This document shows, piece by piece, positions 1 through 9,737 of a DNA stretch of 64,000 nt. Position 1 is the stretch's first letter; every line of letters begins with the position of its first letter. The position numbers and the translations under genes were made by a program. A model generated the notes under the pieces. It ran no database searches and was not told where the DNA came from. It saw only the letters and a program-made list of their open reading frames with translations. This stretch comes from Gemmatimonadaceae bacterium (GTDB lineage Bacteria; Gemmatimonadota; Gemmatimonadetes; Gemmatimonadales; Gemmatimonadaceae), in NCBI GenBank assembly GCA_051859245.1, contig JBHYGA010000001.1, forward strand, positions 32,001 through 96,000. Direction: 5' to 3'.

Positions 1-1798
1 AGCGCGCGACCTCGGCGACGTGTTTCGCTCCCATGGCTTCAATCGCTCGCTGTGCCCCCTTGATTTTGCCCTCGACCGGGGCCGGCACCGCGCCAAGTGG
101 AATGTCGCGCACCGTGGCGAGCACGTCCACGTAGTATTTGGTCCATGTTTCAAGAATGTCGCGTTCAAGCGCCCGCGCTTCGGTTGTGGGCGTGCGGCGA
201 ATGTTCGCGGTGCCGAGTTGTGATTCGGCGGCTAAACGCGCTTCGGCGGCTGTCGTCACCTCGCGCAGTACGCGATCGATGGTGCCACCATCGCCGCGCA
301 GGAGTGGCAACGCACTCGTGAGCGCGGTGACGCCAACATTGCGCAGTGTGGCCGCCGAGACATTGTCAATGCGATCACCGTCGGTGTGATAGAACTGATC
401 GGTGAAATGCCACAGCAGGAGCCCTGGCTTGTTGGCGCGCAAAAACGGTGTGTGATCACTGCCGCCTTCGAACGGATTCGTGTTCACGACCCAGTTGGTC
501 GTGGCGGCGTGCGCACGTGCACGGGCTTCTACGAAATCGTTGAAGTAGTGCGGCCGCAGATCCTTCTTTTCGAGTGGACGCCCGCCCCATTCGCTGTGTT
601 TGTCATTGCCACGCGTCCAGATGGCCGATGGATCGGGCATCTTCTCGATCAGAAATGTGCCGCCAGTTTTTTCGGTGTCTTCACCCACCATGTCGAGCGA
701 CATGCCCCACCGTATACCAACGGCGCGCGCTGAGTCTTGCGTAATGAACCGATCGGTGGACCGGATTTCCTGTCCCCAGATCATGGTGAGCGTACGCGCT
801 GGACGCGGCATGCCCTCGCGCAACAACTGCGCCATCACGCGAGCCATTTCCAGCTGCGCGCCCACACCACTGGCGTTGTCATTGGCGCCGGGCTCCTGCA
901 CGTGGGCGCTGAAGACAAAGCGCTCGCTCGCATGAGACGTACCACGTGCTTCCGCCACCACTGTCTGCTCGACGGCGTTTGTTGTAAAGCGCACATCAGT
1001 GACAACATTCAGTGTAACCGGACCGTTGGCGAGCGCCGCCGTGAGGCGTTCACGCGCCGCGTACGAGAGCGCGATGCCCCATGATTTTGCCGTCGTGTCG
1101 CGAGCGACCGACGCAAACTGAATCGAGTTGCGATTGACCTCGGGCTTGAGGTACGCCGGCAACGAATACCCGAGCGCACCAACCGCGCCGCGACGAACGA
1201 CCGCTTCCTGAAAAACTCGACTGACCGGCGCGTTGGCAAACACGATCTTTCCGCGCACATCACCGGCAGCGTCGAACTCGGCCGGCGTACCTCCGCCCAC
1301 GGAAACCACGGTCGCTCGTACGCCGCCGGCCGGCGTGGAGAACGAGTTGGTGGCAAGCATGTTCCGGTTGTTTGCAAACTGCAACAACGGCGCGTTGTCA
1401 CCGTTGATCGTGACCGAGGCGTCGATGGGTTCCCACGCTGGTTGTGCCATCGGATACTGCTCCACACGATAGATCAGCGCGTCTTTGTCCGTCGCGCGAG
1501 CCGCCGGAATGTATCCGGCGCGTTCGAGTTGCTCGGCGATATGTGCAATCGATGCGTCAAACCCGCGATTACCGGGCCAGCGTACATGCTGGTCAAGAAA
1601 CGCGACCGTTGTTTTGGCGCGCGCGCCGTCAAAGAGCGTGCGGACGCGATCTTCGAACGGAAGTGGCGTTTGCGCGGCAGTCGTTTGCTGCGCGTTTGCC
1701 GCGGTCGCCGAGAGCGCGAGGGCGCCAAGTACCGCGTGCACCGCTCGCCGCCCGCGGGCATGTGCGGATCGATGCGATCTGCCAAGGGTAGTGGTCAT
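1..1798 (-). CDS. M28 family metallopeptidase with PA-like insert, secreted (3' end runs off window)
   Basis: Not in the ORF track because it is open to the window edge. Manual translation from ATG 1798 gives a signal peptide (LGALALSATAANAQ), DVRGKIVF (PA domain) and the M28 motifs SAHVQEPGANDNASG. Confidence 0.85.
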   Translation of the reverse strand, partial: MTTTLGRSHRSAHARGRRAVHAVLGALALSATAANAQQTTAAQTPLPFEDRVRTLFDGARAKTTVAFLDQHVRWPGNRGFDASIAHIAEQLERAGYIPAARATDKDALIYRVEQYPMAQPAWEPIDASVTINGDNAPLLQFANNRNMLATNSFSTPAGGVRATVVSVGGGTPAEFDAAGDVRGKIVFANAPVSRVFQEAVVRRGAVGALGYSLPAYLKPEVNRNSIQFASVARDTTAKSWGIALSYAARERLTAALANGPVTLNVVTDVRFTTNAVEQTVVAEARGTSHASERFVFSAHVQEPGANDNASGVGAQLEMARVMAQLLREGMPRPARTLTMIWGQEIRSTDRFITQDSARAVGIRWGMSLDMVGEDTEKTGGTFLIEKMPDPSAIWTRGNDKHSEWGGRPLEKKDLRPHYFNDFVEARARAHAATTNWVVNTNPFEGGSDHTPFLRANKPGLLLWHFTDQFYHTDGDRIDNVSAATLRNVGVTALTSALPLLRGDGGTIDRVLREVTTAAEARLAAESQLGTANIRRTPTTEARALERDILETWTKYYVDVLATVRDIPLGAVPAPVEGKIKGAQRAIEAMGAKHVAEVAR

Positions 1799-1906
1799 GA
1801 GTGAAAGTTACCCATGGCTGCCGTTTCTCACGAGACGTTGGTACACTTTACACAGAGGCGCGTCGGCGTGGCGCGCGGTGTGCACCCCCTCTGGAGTCTT
1901 TGTCGC

Positions 1907-2344
1907 ATGCGATTCCTGTCCGCTGTCGTGTTGGCCGTTACGCTTCCTATCGCGCTCCACGCGCAGAAGGCCAAGACCGGCGCCGAGGTGTACGGCACCT
2001 GCGCCGCGTGTCACATGGCCAACGGTGCAGGTATGGCGGGTGTGTTTCCGCCGCTCGCTGGATCCGAATGGGTGACGGGTAAACCGGAGTTGCCCATCGC
2101 AATCGTACTGCACGGCATGCAGGGTGAAGTCACGGTGAAGGGCGCCAAATACAACAGCGTGATGACGCCGTGGGCTTCACTGTTCAGCGATCAGGAAATC
2201 GCCAACGTGGTCACGTACATCCGTTCGCAGTGGGGCAACAAGGCGAGTGCCGTGACCGCCGCGCAAGTTGCTGCCGTGCGTGCGGCGACCAAAGCGCGTA
2301 AAACACAGTGGACAGAAGCAGAGCTGAAAAAGGCGTACCCGTAA
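1907..2344 (+). CDS. Cytochrome c (mono-haem, class I)
   Basis: Signal peptide, CAACH haem motif, FPPLAGSEWV, distal Met (VMTPW), IANVVTYIR; GGAG RBS upstream of ATG 1907. Confidence 0.9.
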   Translation: MRFLSAVVLAVTLPIALHAQKAKTGAEVYGTCAACHMANGAGMAGVFPPLAGSEWVTGKPELPIAIVLHGMQGEVTVKGAKYNSVMTPWASLFSDQEIANVVTYIRSQWGNKASAVTAAQVAAVRAATKARKTQWTEAELKKAYP

Positions 2345-2350
2345 CGGCAG

Positions 2351-3433
2351 TTATCGCGCGTACGCCTCAAGCCATTGCAGATCATCAGCGTCACGTCTGG
2401 CCACGAACACCAGCGTCTTGCTGATCGCCACGATTCGTTTCGCCGACGGCAGCGAGACCACACCGCGGTGTGCGCCCGTCGCTCCGAACACGTCCCACGG
2501 TTGCACCGTGGAACCAGCGGGCGTCTCCCGACGCACCCACACGTTATCGTCGGGATCAATCACGAGTCCCTCTTTGAACGCGGGCTTCGTGGCTGGATAC
2601 GTGAGTTGAATGCGGCTGTTGGGTACGTCGTACGCTTTGCGATCCGCATCCGTCACCGGCACGGCAGGAGTCGTGAGCGCGGGGCCGCGAGTTACGCTCC
2701 CGTCTGATTCAATCCAATCCACGCGATACGGATTCGCGCGCACGATTGCCACCCGTCCGCTTGGCGCGATCGCCCACTCGTCTTCTGGCGTGAACGGCAT
2801 GATGCGTCGCACGACCATGCCCTTGTAGCCATCGGCCTTCATCTGCGGCGATAGCTCCATACTGACGGGCTTCGGATTCGGCATCATCACTGCTGCCACA
2901 CTGTCGATTCGGCCGCTGCGACGATCCCATCGCTTGATGGCGACATACGGCGAGCGCTCATTCACTGGCATCCCGCTCGCCTGAAAATAGAGACGTCCCG
3001 CTGCATCAGCGCCTCGCACGAACTCGGCGCCTTGCTGCAACGATTCAGGGAATACGCGCGCGTCGAGCAGTTCGGCTGCTGGCGTGAGAAGCAGGAAGCG
3101 ACGTTGATCGCGATCGAGCAGCAGCGTTGAGTCACCGCGCAGCGCGATCACTGCGGCTGGACTCGCGAACTCGCGCGGACCCGCGCCCTGCCGCCCAATC
3201 GCTCGAGCAGTGCGACCGCCAGCCGCAAGAAACTGCACGCGCTTTTCCATCAGATCCGCAACGATCACGCTGCCATTGGCGAGCACACGAACAGAGCTGA
3301 TGCTCGTAAATGGATCGGCGGCCGTCCACGCAGGGCGTGCGAGGCTGACTGCTGGCGCCGCGCGCTGTGATTGCGCGACACCAGTTGAAAAGCAGCAGAG
3401 CACTGCGGCAACGAGGAGGCGGAGTGTCGACAT
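2351..3433 (-). CDS. Secreted beta-propeller-like protein (NHL/6-bladed type)
   Basis: Signal peptide; IGRQGAGPREF motif; C-terminal WDVF...G.V.LP...VARRDADDLQWLEAY typical of this family; RBS GGAG. Confidence 0.7.
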   Translation of the reverse strand: MSTLRLLVAAVLCCFSTGVAQSQRAAPAVSLARPAWTAADPFTSISSVRVLANGSVIVADLMEKRVQFLAAGGRTARAIGRQGAGPREFASPAAVIALRGDSTLLLDRDQRRFLLLTPAAELLDARVFPESLQQGAEFVRGADAAGRLYFQASGMPVNERSPYVAIKRWDRRSGRIDSVAAVMMPNPKPVSMELSPQMKADGYKGMVVRRIMPFTPEDEWAIAPSGRVAIVRANPYRVDWIESDGSVTRGPALTTPAVPVTDADRKAYDVPNSRIQLTYPATKPAFKEGLVIDPDDNVWVRRETPAGSTVQPWDVFGATGAHRGVVSLPSAKRIVAISKTLVFVARRDADDLQWLEAYAR

Positions 3434-3552
3434 ACTCTCCTGAATATTGTGCACGTACCGGAGATGCACCATGCACTCTCCCGCTTTACAGCCGAGTTCG
3501 GTGGACGTAAGATCGACGAGCACTCCTGAACTTCTGCACCGCTGCTCACGGC

Positions 3553-4281
3553 ATGAACTCCCTCGCTCAGCTGCAGCACGACATACGGGCACTCGGCGAT
3601 CCTGAAACCGCGGAGTTCCTGCAGCGGTTCTTCAAAACCGGTCCCGGTGAGTACGGACACGGTGACAAGTTTCTTGGCGTTCGCGTGCCTCAGCTGCGCG
3701 CAGTTGTTACACGCGCGGTTGCCAAAGGGGGGAGCGGCATTTCGCTCGGGGACACGATTGACCTGTTGCGATCAGCGTGGCACGAGGAACGATTCGTTGC
3801 GCTGCTGCTCATCATAGACAGGTACCGCCGCGCGTCGCCTGACGAACGGGACGAGATCTATCGTGTTTATCTCGCCCATACGCGTTGCATCAACAACTGG
3901 GATCTGGTCGACGTGTCGGCAGAGCACATTGTCGGAGCGCACGATGATCCGGCAAAGCTCGTCACGCTCAAACGAATGGCCCGATCTGACAACGTCTGGG
4001 AACGACGTATCGCCATTATGGCGACGTTTCACGAAATCAAACGGGGCAGATATTCCGCGGCGTTAAACATCGCGACACTGCTCGTGCACGACACGCACGA
4101 TTTGATCCACAAGGCGGTAGGGTGGATGTTACGAGAGATTGGCAAGCGGGATCCAAACCGTGAGCGTGAGTTTCTCGATCAGCATCAGGCGACCATGCCT
4201 CGGACGATGCTGCGGTATGCGATCGAACGGTTTCCCGAGACAGAACGACAGGCGTATCTGCGAGGAACAGCCACCCGCTGA
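3553..4281 (+). CDS. DNA alkylation repair protein (AlkD-like HEAT-repeat glycosylase family)
   Basis: FFKTGPGEYG, NNWDLVD, WERRIA, IHKAVGWMLRE, PRTMLRYAIE motifs. Confidence 0.88.
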   Translation: MNSLAQLQHDIRALGDPETAEFLQRFFKTGPGEYGHGDKFLGVRVPQLRAVVTRAVAKGGSGISLGDTIDLLRSAWHEERFVALLLIIDRYRRASPDERDEIYRVYLAHTRCINNWDLVDVSAEHIVGAHDDPAKLVTLKRMARSDNVWERRIAIMATFHEIKRGRYSAALNIATLLVHDTHDLIHKAVGWMLREIGKRDPNREREFLDQHQATMPRTMLRYAIERFPETERQAYLRGTATR

Positions 4282-4440
4282 GCTTTCGGCGACGATCGCA
4301 CGAAGGCGTTGTCGCCCAACCGTTGCACGTCGCGTACACGACTGCGACACGACCGTGAGGCGCCCGCCGACACGTGATGCCGAGATTCGTGCGCGATGTC
4401 ACGCCGTTGTAGAGTCGATGCTCACACGCAACCATCGTAC

Positions 4441-5262
4441 GTGCCAGCAACCATCTTCGCACATCAGGCCCTCGTTCTTCCGCTCAAGCTTCGCTGGCCC
4501 GAGCGCTTCAGTGGCCTGGCGCTCTGCATTGGCAGCATGGCCCCAGACCTGGAGTTTATCTGGCGACTGAGTGACGACTGGATCTTCAGCCACACGTTCG
4601 CGGCACAGCTGTACTTCAGTGTGCCGGTCACCATGCTACTCGTGTGGGTGCTCACATCAGTGCTGGCGCCGGCCGTGTTGCCGTTCGTACGCGATCATCC
4701 CCGATTGCGGTTGCACGATCTCGCTGCGTTGCACGCACCGGCGAGCCGGCGTGAGTGGCGCGTGGTTGCCGTCTCCGCGTTCTTCGGTGGCGTGTCGCAC
4801 TGGCTGCTCGACGGAGTAACGCACGGTGGACACTCTGGCTGGGCGGTGGAGTTTTTGCCGTGGCTCCGCACGCCGGTACCGCACCCGGGAGGCGCGGCGC
4901 CACTGCACGATGCGCTGCAGCTCTGGCTCACCGTGGGTCTCGGTATCGCCGGTGTGCAGATGTGCGCGCACATCACGCGCCACCGCCTGCTGTGGGTGTG
5001 GCGCAAGAAGCAACCGTCACCACTTCCCAAGCGCCACCGAACCGAAGGGCAGCGACTCGCACTCGGTCTCGCGCTGATGGCTGCCCAGGGCGCCGCCGTG
5101 GGCTACGTGTTACGCGGTACCGAGGCCGCCAAGCTCGCCACGGCCGGCGTGGTGTTCGGCGCAATCAATTTCGTCTTGCTCGGCGCGCTGCTGTTCGGTG
5201 TGTGGTTGCAGTTGCGGCGTGGAGAGCTGTTCGCCACCCGCCATTGGTCTCCGCGCGCCTAG
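4441..5262 (+). CDS. DUF4184-like membrane protein (metal-dependent hydrolase-like)
   Basis: GTG start giving MPATIFAHQA; LCIGSMAPD, SH..., SHWLLDGVTH motifs; several hydrophobic helices. Confidence 0.75.
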   Translation: MPATIFAHQALVLPLKLRWPERFSGLALCIGSMAPDLEFIWRLSDDWIFSHTFAAQLYFSVPVTMLLVWVLTSVLAPAVLPFVRDHPRLRLHDLAALHAPASRREWRVVAVSAFFGGVSHWLLDGVTHGGHSGWAVEFLPWLRTPVPHPGGAAPLHDALQLWLTVGLGIAGVQMCAHITRHRLLWVWRKKQPSPLPKRHRTEGQRLALGLALMAAQGAAVGYVLRGTEAAKLATAGVVFGAINFVLLGALLFGVWLQLRRGELFATRHWSPRA

Positions 5263-5301
5263 CCCAGAAAACCGGCGGACCGCTCGCATTGGTGTGATAC
5301 C

Positions 5302-5349
5302 TTGCCATTCGACAATAGCCGCGATATCCTATTGTCGAACGTCTAGGCA
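5302..5349 (+). promoter_or_regulatory. Sigma70-like promoter with overlapping inverted repeat (probable PadR operator)
   Basis: TTGCCA(5302)-17 bp-TATCCT(5325); perfect 11-bp IR TTCGACAATAG(5308-5318)/CTATTGTCGAA(5329-5339). Confidence 0.65.
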
Positions 5350-5360
5350 AGGAGATTCCC

Positions 5361-5693
5361 ATGGGTTCGGACCGCGCGGATCTGCTGCAAGGCAGCCTCG
5401 ATCTGCTCATTCTCAAGAGCGTGATGCTGCAGCCGCTGCACGGGTGGGCAATCGCAAAGCGCATTCGCGAGCTGTCGGCAGATGTCCTGGAAGTGAATCA
5501 GGGATCACTGTATCCCGCACTTTATCGGCTTGAGGAACGCGGCTGGCTCTCTGCTGAGTGGGGCACGTCGCCGGAAGGCCGTCGCGTGAAGGTCTACACG
5601 CTCACGGCCACAGGGAAAAAGCAGCTGGTGGTTGAACGCGAGCAGTGGACGTTGTTCACCGCCGCTGTCGACCGCGTGTTGCGCTCCACTTGA
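5361..5693 (+). CDS. PadR family transcriptional regulator (ADOP-associated type)
   Basis: LLQGSLDLLILK, HGWAI, QGSLYPALYRLE, RRVKVYTLT. Confidence 0.93.
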   Translation: MGSDRADLLQGSLDLLILKSVMLQPLHGWAIAKRIRELSADVLEVNQGSLYPALYRLEERGWLSAEWGTSPEGRRVKVYTLTATGKKQLVVEREQWTLFTAAVDRVLRST

Positions 5694-5708
5694 GTCGATT
5701 CACTGGCC

Positions 5709-8381
5709 ATGCGAAGCTCGGCCCTGCGCTGGTGGCGTGGTGCATCGGCACTCGTGCGTCGACAGTCGGTCTCGCAGGAGATCGATGCAGAGATCGCAGC
5801 GCATATTGCCTACGCGACCGATGACCTGATCGCGCAGGGCCTTTCGCCAGCTGAAGCGCGCCGGCGCGCGTTGCTCGAGTTCGGCGGTGTGCAGCAAACG
5901 CGCGAGTGGGTGTTGCGTGAGCGTGCGCTTCACTGGTGGTATGATGCGCTTCGCGACGTGCGACTCGCACTGCGCCGGTTGCGTAAAGAACCCGCAAGTA
6001 ACGCGGCGATCGTACTGGTGATTGCCATCGGCATTGCGTGTGTGACGTGTGTGTTCAGCCTGATGAATGCGGCGTGGATCAGGCCTCTTGCCTACAGCGA
6101 GCCCTCCCAGCTGGTGAAACTGTATGGCGTTGCGCCTACGCGAGTGCAATACGATGAGCTGCCAGCCAGCGTGGTCGCGGAGGTGCGTCAGCGAGCAAAC
6201 GATGTTGCCACGTTCGCGACATTCGAAGAGCGACAGACTACGGTGCGGTTACGTGACACCGTCGCAGAGATTTACCGGTCACGTATTGATGAGTTAACGA
6301 TGAGTGTACTGCGTGTGGCGCCAGTACGGGGTCGCGCGCCGACTGAAGCCGAGTTTCGTGCGCAAGCAGCCGTTGCGCTGATCAGCGACTCGATCTGGCG
6401 TACCGACTTCGCCTCGCGAGACGACCTGAATGACGCACAAATAGAACTGGGCGGTGTTGCACATCACGTAATCGGCGTCATGCCCAGGCGTTTCTACTTC
6501 CACACACGGGCTGTTGTCTGGACGCCGCTCGCCGCTGTTGATCACGAAGATGTTTTCGTGCAAGTGGTCGCCCGGCTGAAACCAGGAATGACGCGCGACT
6601 CACTGGCGGAGCGACTTCAGCAAGCCGGTCCTCTCTCGGCTGGTGAACAGAGCGCAGACTCCGCACGCTGGCGTGTGATGCCATCCGATATGTACGACCG
6701 CGGGCAACGCCCTGCGGGCTATTCGATCGCGGCGGTGGCTGTGCTGGTGACGGCGATTGTTCTCGTGGTGGCCTGCGCGAATGTGATGAACATTCTGCTG
6801 GCTCGCGGCGAAAGTCGCCGACGGGAAATGGCAGTCGAGGCCGCGCTGGGCGCAAGCTCGTTTCGACTGATGCGACAGCTGCTGGTGGAGTGTTTGGTAC
6901 TCGCATGCGCGGCGGGCATACTTGGTTTGGTGCTATCGCAAGTGGGCCTCGAACTGATGCTGCGCGCGATCCCCCGGCGCGGGTTTCCGGGCTGGATCGA
7001 CTTCGGTCTGGACTGGCGCGTCACGAGCTTCGCATTGGCAACCGCGCTACTCACCATGTTCGTGTTCGGTTTGCTTCCGGCGCGCGAAGCGTCTCGTGTT
7101 GATCCGATGCGCGCGATTCAGGATGGCGACAGCCTCGGCGTCACCTCTCGGAACAACCGCCGTTGGAGCGCACGCCTGATCAGTGTGCAACTGGCGTTGT
7201 CACTAGTTCTTGTGATCACGAGTGGACTGCTGGTGGCCAGCTACCGTTCCATGCTTTCTGTTGAACCAGCATACCCGGGTGAACGGTTGATGGAGTTCAT
7301 CCCCATGCTGGACGAGCAGCGAATGGATGATTTCTCACACCAGCACGCACATGGCACGGCGTTGGCGGCGGCATTGCGTAGAGATCCAATGTTCGCGGCC
7401 GTGAGCACGCATAGTGATGTGCGATGGCTCCACCTCGAATCGGATACCACTCGCTACGTCGTCGACTACAGCACACGGTTGCTTGCGCCGCACGACACTT
7501 CGAAGCTGCTCTGGAGAGCATCCGGCATGTGGCCACAACTGCTCGCGACGGATGCCACGTACTTCGCGCTGCGGCGCCGTCGTCTCGTTCAGGGACGCAA
7601 CTTTGCTGACAGCGACACTGTAGGCACGCACGTGTCCATGATTGTGAGTGAGAACATCGCGAAAGCAGTGTGGGGCGACAGTAGCGCCATTGGTCGACAA
7701 GTGCGTTTGGGTACATCGGGACCTATTGCACAGATCATCGGCGTGGTCGAGGATGTACCGCGACTCCGCTTTGCGGGTGGACGTGTGTCGCGCGTTGCCG
7801 ACCCGCAGTTCTTCTTCACATACGGACAGGCCGAGCCGTCGAACACCTATCTCACCGTGGAGTCGCGAAGCGCGGTGAGCACAGCGGAAAGATCAGCGGT
7901 GCGTGACCATTCCGCAGCGCTCGATCCTGCGATTCGGCTTTCCGAGCTGCGCACAACGGAGGAGCAGGCAACGATCGGTTTGTTGCCGCTTCGCCTGTTC
8001 GCGAGCGTACTCACGGTCGTTGCCGGCTTTACGCTTGGCATTGCCGCCGTTGGTCTTTTTGGATTGGTGCACTTCGCCACGCTGCAACGTCGTCGAGAGA
8101 TTGGCATTCGACTCGCGCTCGGCGCCGCGCCGCACACGCTGGAACGTTGGCTCCTTTTCGACGCCTTGCGCACGACGCGTACCGGATTGCTCGCTGGCGC
8201 GCTGGCCACAGTAGGGCTCCTCGGGCTGATGCAGTCACGTGTGCCGATCAGCGCGAGCGTACTGATGAGTGCCAGCGCGCTCACCGGCGCGGTGCTGGTG
8301 GCGGTGGTGGTGATCGCGTGCTGGTTGCCGGTGCGCAAGGCTGCACAGATGGATCCCAATGATGTACTCCGTGGCGTGTAA
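5709..8381 (+). CDS. ADOP-type duplicated ABC permease (MacB/FtsX repeats)
   Basis: N-terminal EIDAEIAAH...ARRRALLEFGG; ACANVMNILLARG..RRREMAV.AALGA; second RRREIGIRLALGA repeat; C-terminal P.RKAAQMDP..LR. Confidence 0.9.
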   Translation: MRSSALRWWRGASALVRRQSVSQEIDAEIAAHIAYATDDLIAQGLSPAEARRRALLEFGGVQQTREWVLRERALHWWYDALRDVRLALRRLRKEPASNAAIVLVIAIGIACVTCVFSLMNAAWIRPLAYSEPSQLVKLYGVAPTRVQYDELPASVVAEVRQRANDVATFATFEERQTTVRLRDTVAEIYRSRIDELTMSVLRVAPVRGRAPTEAEFRAQAAVALISDSIWRTDFASRDDLNDAQIELGGVAHHVIGVMPRRFYFHTRAVVWTPLAAVDHEDVFVQVVARLKPGMTRDSLAERLQQAGPLSAGEQSADSARWRVMPSDMYDRGQRPAGYSIAAVAVLVTAIVLVVACANVMNILLARGESRRREMAVEAALGASSFRLMRQLLVECLVLACAAGILGLVLSQVGLELMLRAIPRRGFPGWIDFGLDWRVTSFALATALLTMFVFGLLPAREASRVDPMRAIQDGDSLGVTSRNNRRWSARLISVQLALSLVLVITSGLLVASYRSMLSVEPAYPGERLMEFIPMLDEQRMDDFSHQHAHGTALAAALRRDPMFAAVSTHSDVRWLHLESDTTRYVVDYSTRLLAPHDTSKLLWRASGMWPQLLATDATYFALRRRRLVQGRNFADSDTVGTHVSMIVSENIAKAVWGDSSAIGRQVRLGTSGPIAQIIGVVEDVPRLRFAGGRVSRVADPQFFFTYGQAEPSNTYLTVESRSAVSTAERSAVRDHSAALDPAIRLSELRTTEEQATIGLLPLRLFASVLTVVAGFTLGIAAVGLFGLVHFATLQRRREIGIRLALGAAPHTLERWLLFDALRTTRTGLLAGALATVGLLGLMQSRVPISASVLMSASALTGAVLVAVVVIACWLPVRKAAQMDPNDVLRGV

Positions 8382-8429
8382 CGCGCGCCAATCGCAGGCA
8401 TCATCCGTTTCACTCCAACTCTATTCACC

Positions 8430-9650
8430 ATGAAACGCTCGCCGCTTTTCGCAACGATGGACCGGCGGTCAGTCGCGCCAACGATTTTCTCGACGACGGC
8501 ACTCGTGCTGGTGGCACTCGCGACGCTCGTGTTTCCAACGTCACGTATTTCGGCGCAGGCTCCCGTCTTCAAAGTCTCGCCCACGCCCATCACTTCAATC
8601 GACGCAACCGCGCCTGATGGCAGCGTACGCTTTGCCACGGCCACATGGGCCACGCGATTGTCCAACGGAAAAATCGCAATCACTGACCAGACAGACGGTG
8701 CGCTTCGCATTGCCGACAGCAGCGGACGCATTGAGAGGTCATGGGGACGCCTCGGTGATGCGCCAGGCGAGTTTCGCGCGATCAGCTGGGTGAGCGCGTG
8801 TGGAGGCGACACGCTGTACGTGTGGGACGCCCGCGCCACGCGACTCTCCGTAATGCACGCCACGTCCGGATATATCCGGCAGATTAGCGCGCCAACTTCC
8901 AGCGGTACGTTCACGGCGGCCTGTGATCGCAGCGGCAATTTGGCGATCTTCTCGGGCGTTGCCCCGCGTCGTGGCGGAGCATCGAACACAACCCCGCTCA
9001 AAACGTCTGATGGCCGTTCGTACGAGCTTGGTGTGGTCGGCACGAGTATTTCCGTACGCAATCGCACCGGCGCCATGCTGCAAGAGCTGAGGGAGCTTCC
9101 ATATGGCGAAATGTTGATGGGTCAGCTCGGTCCGAACGGTGGCATGGGCGCCATGCCGCGACCGCTCGGCGCACTGACGTCGTTCGCCCTGATCGATGGT
9201 CAGCTCGTTGTCGCGCGTACTGATTCGAATGTCGTGACGTGGTATCGGCGTGACGGAAGCGTGGAGCGCACATCAACGCTGCCTGCCGTGCGTGGTGCGC
9301 CCTCGATGGCGCAATACGAAGCGTCAATCAATCGGGCCGTTGAAATCGCGCCAGCGCGTGTGCGCCCGGATCTGGTCGCCTTCGCGAAGCAGGTGCCGAG
9401 GCCCGCGTCACATCGCGCATTCTCACAAATGCTGGCCGGCGCCGATGGCCTGATCTGGTTCGTCACCTCACTCCCGGGCGACAAGACAACGTCGATGCGT
9501 GCGCTGAACCGGGCCGGCACGGTGGCGGCGACACTCGAAATCAATGCGGCTGTTGAGGTGTTCGAGGTGGGCATGGACTACGTGCTTGGACGCACGGAAA
9601 ACCCAGATGGTGAGCAACGTGTTGTGCTCTATCGTGTTTCCCGTCGATGA
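8430..9650 (+). CDS. Secreted beta-propeller-like protein
   Basis: Signal peptide; WGRLGDAPGEF motif; C-terminal EVGMDYVLG...DGEQRVVLYR, same family as 2351..3433. Confidence 0.7.
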   Translation: MKRSPLFATMDRRSVAPTIFSTTALVLVALATLVFPTSRISAQAPVFKVSPTPITSIDATAPDGSVRFATATWATRLSNGKIAITDQTDGALRIADSSGRIERSWGRLGDAPGEFRAISWVSACGGDTLYVWDARATRLSVMHATSGYIRQISAPTSSGTFTAACDRSGNLAIFSGVAPRRGGASNTTPLKTSDGRSYELGVVGTSISVRNRTGAMLQELRELPYGEMLMGQLGPNGGMGAMPRPLGALTSFALIDGQLVVARTDSNVVTWYRRDGSVERTSTLPAVRGAPSMAQYEASINRAVEIAPARVRPDLVAFAKQVPRPASHRAFSQMLAGADGLIWFVTSLPGDKTTSMRALNRAGTVAATLEINAAVEVFEVGMDYVLGRTENPDGEQRVVLYRVSRR

Positions 9651-9670
9651 ATTCTCGCGGGTCCGGCACG

Positions 9671-9707
9671 AAAATCAGAAGGCCACCCAGCATTGGGTGG
9701 CCTTCTG
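9671..9707 (-). terminator. Intrinsic terminator between convergent genes
   Basis: 14-bp stem CAGAAGGCCACCCA/TGGGTGGCCTTCTG followed on the minus strand by ATTTT. Confidence 0.75.
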
Positions 9708-9737
9708 CACAACCAGTACCGCACGAATGAGAAGCCG

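Noticed and set aside
20..1804. Many short plus-strand ORFs at the window start
   Set aside because: The region is explained by a minus-strand M28 peptidase that the ORF track missed because it has no stop in the window.
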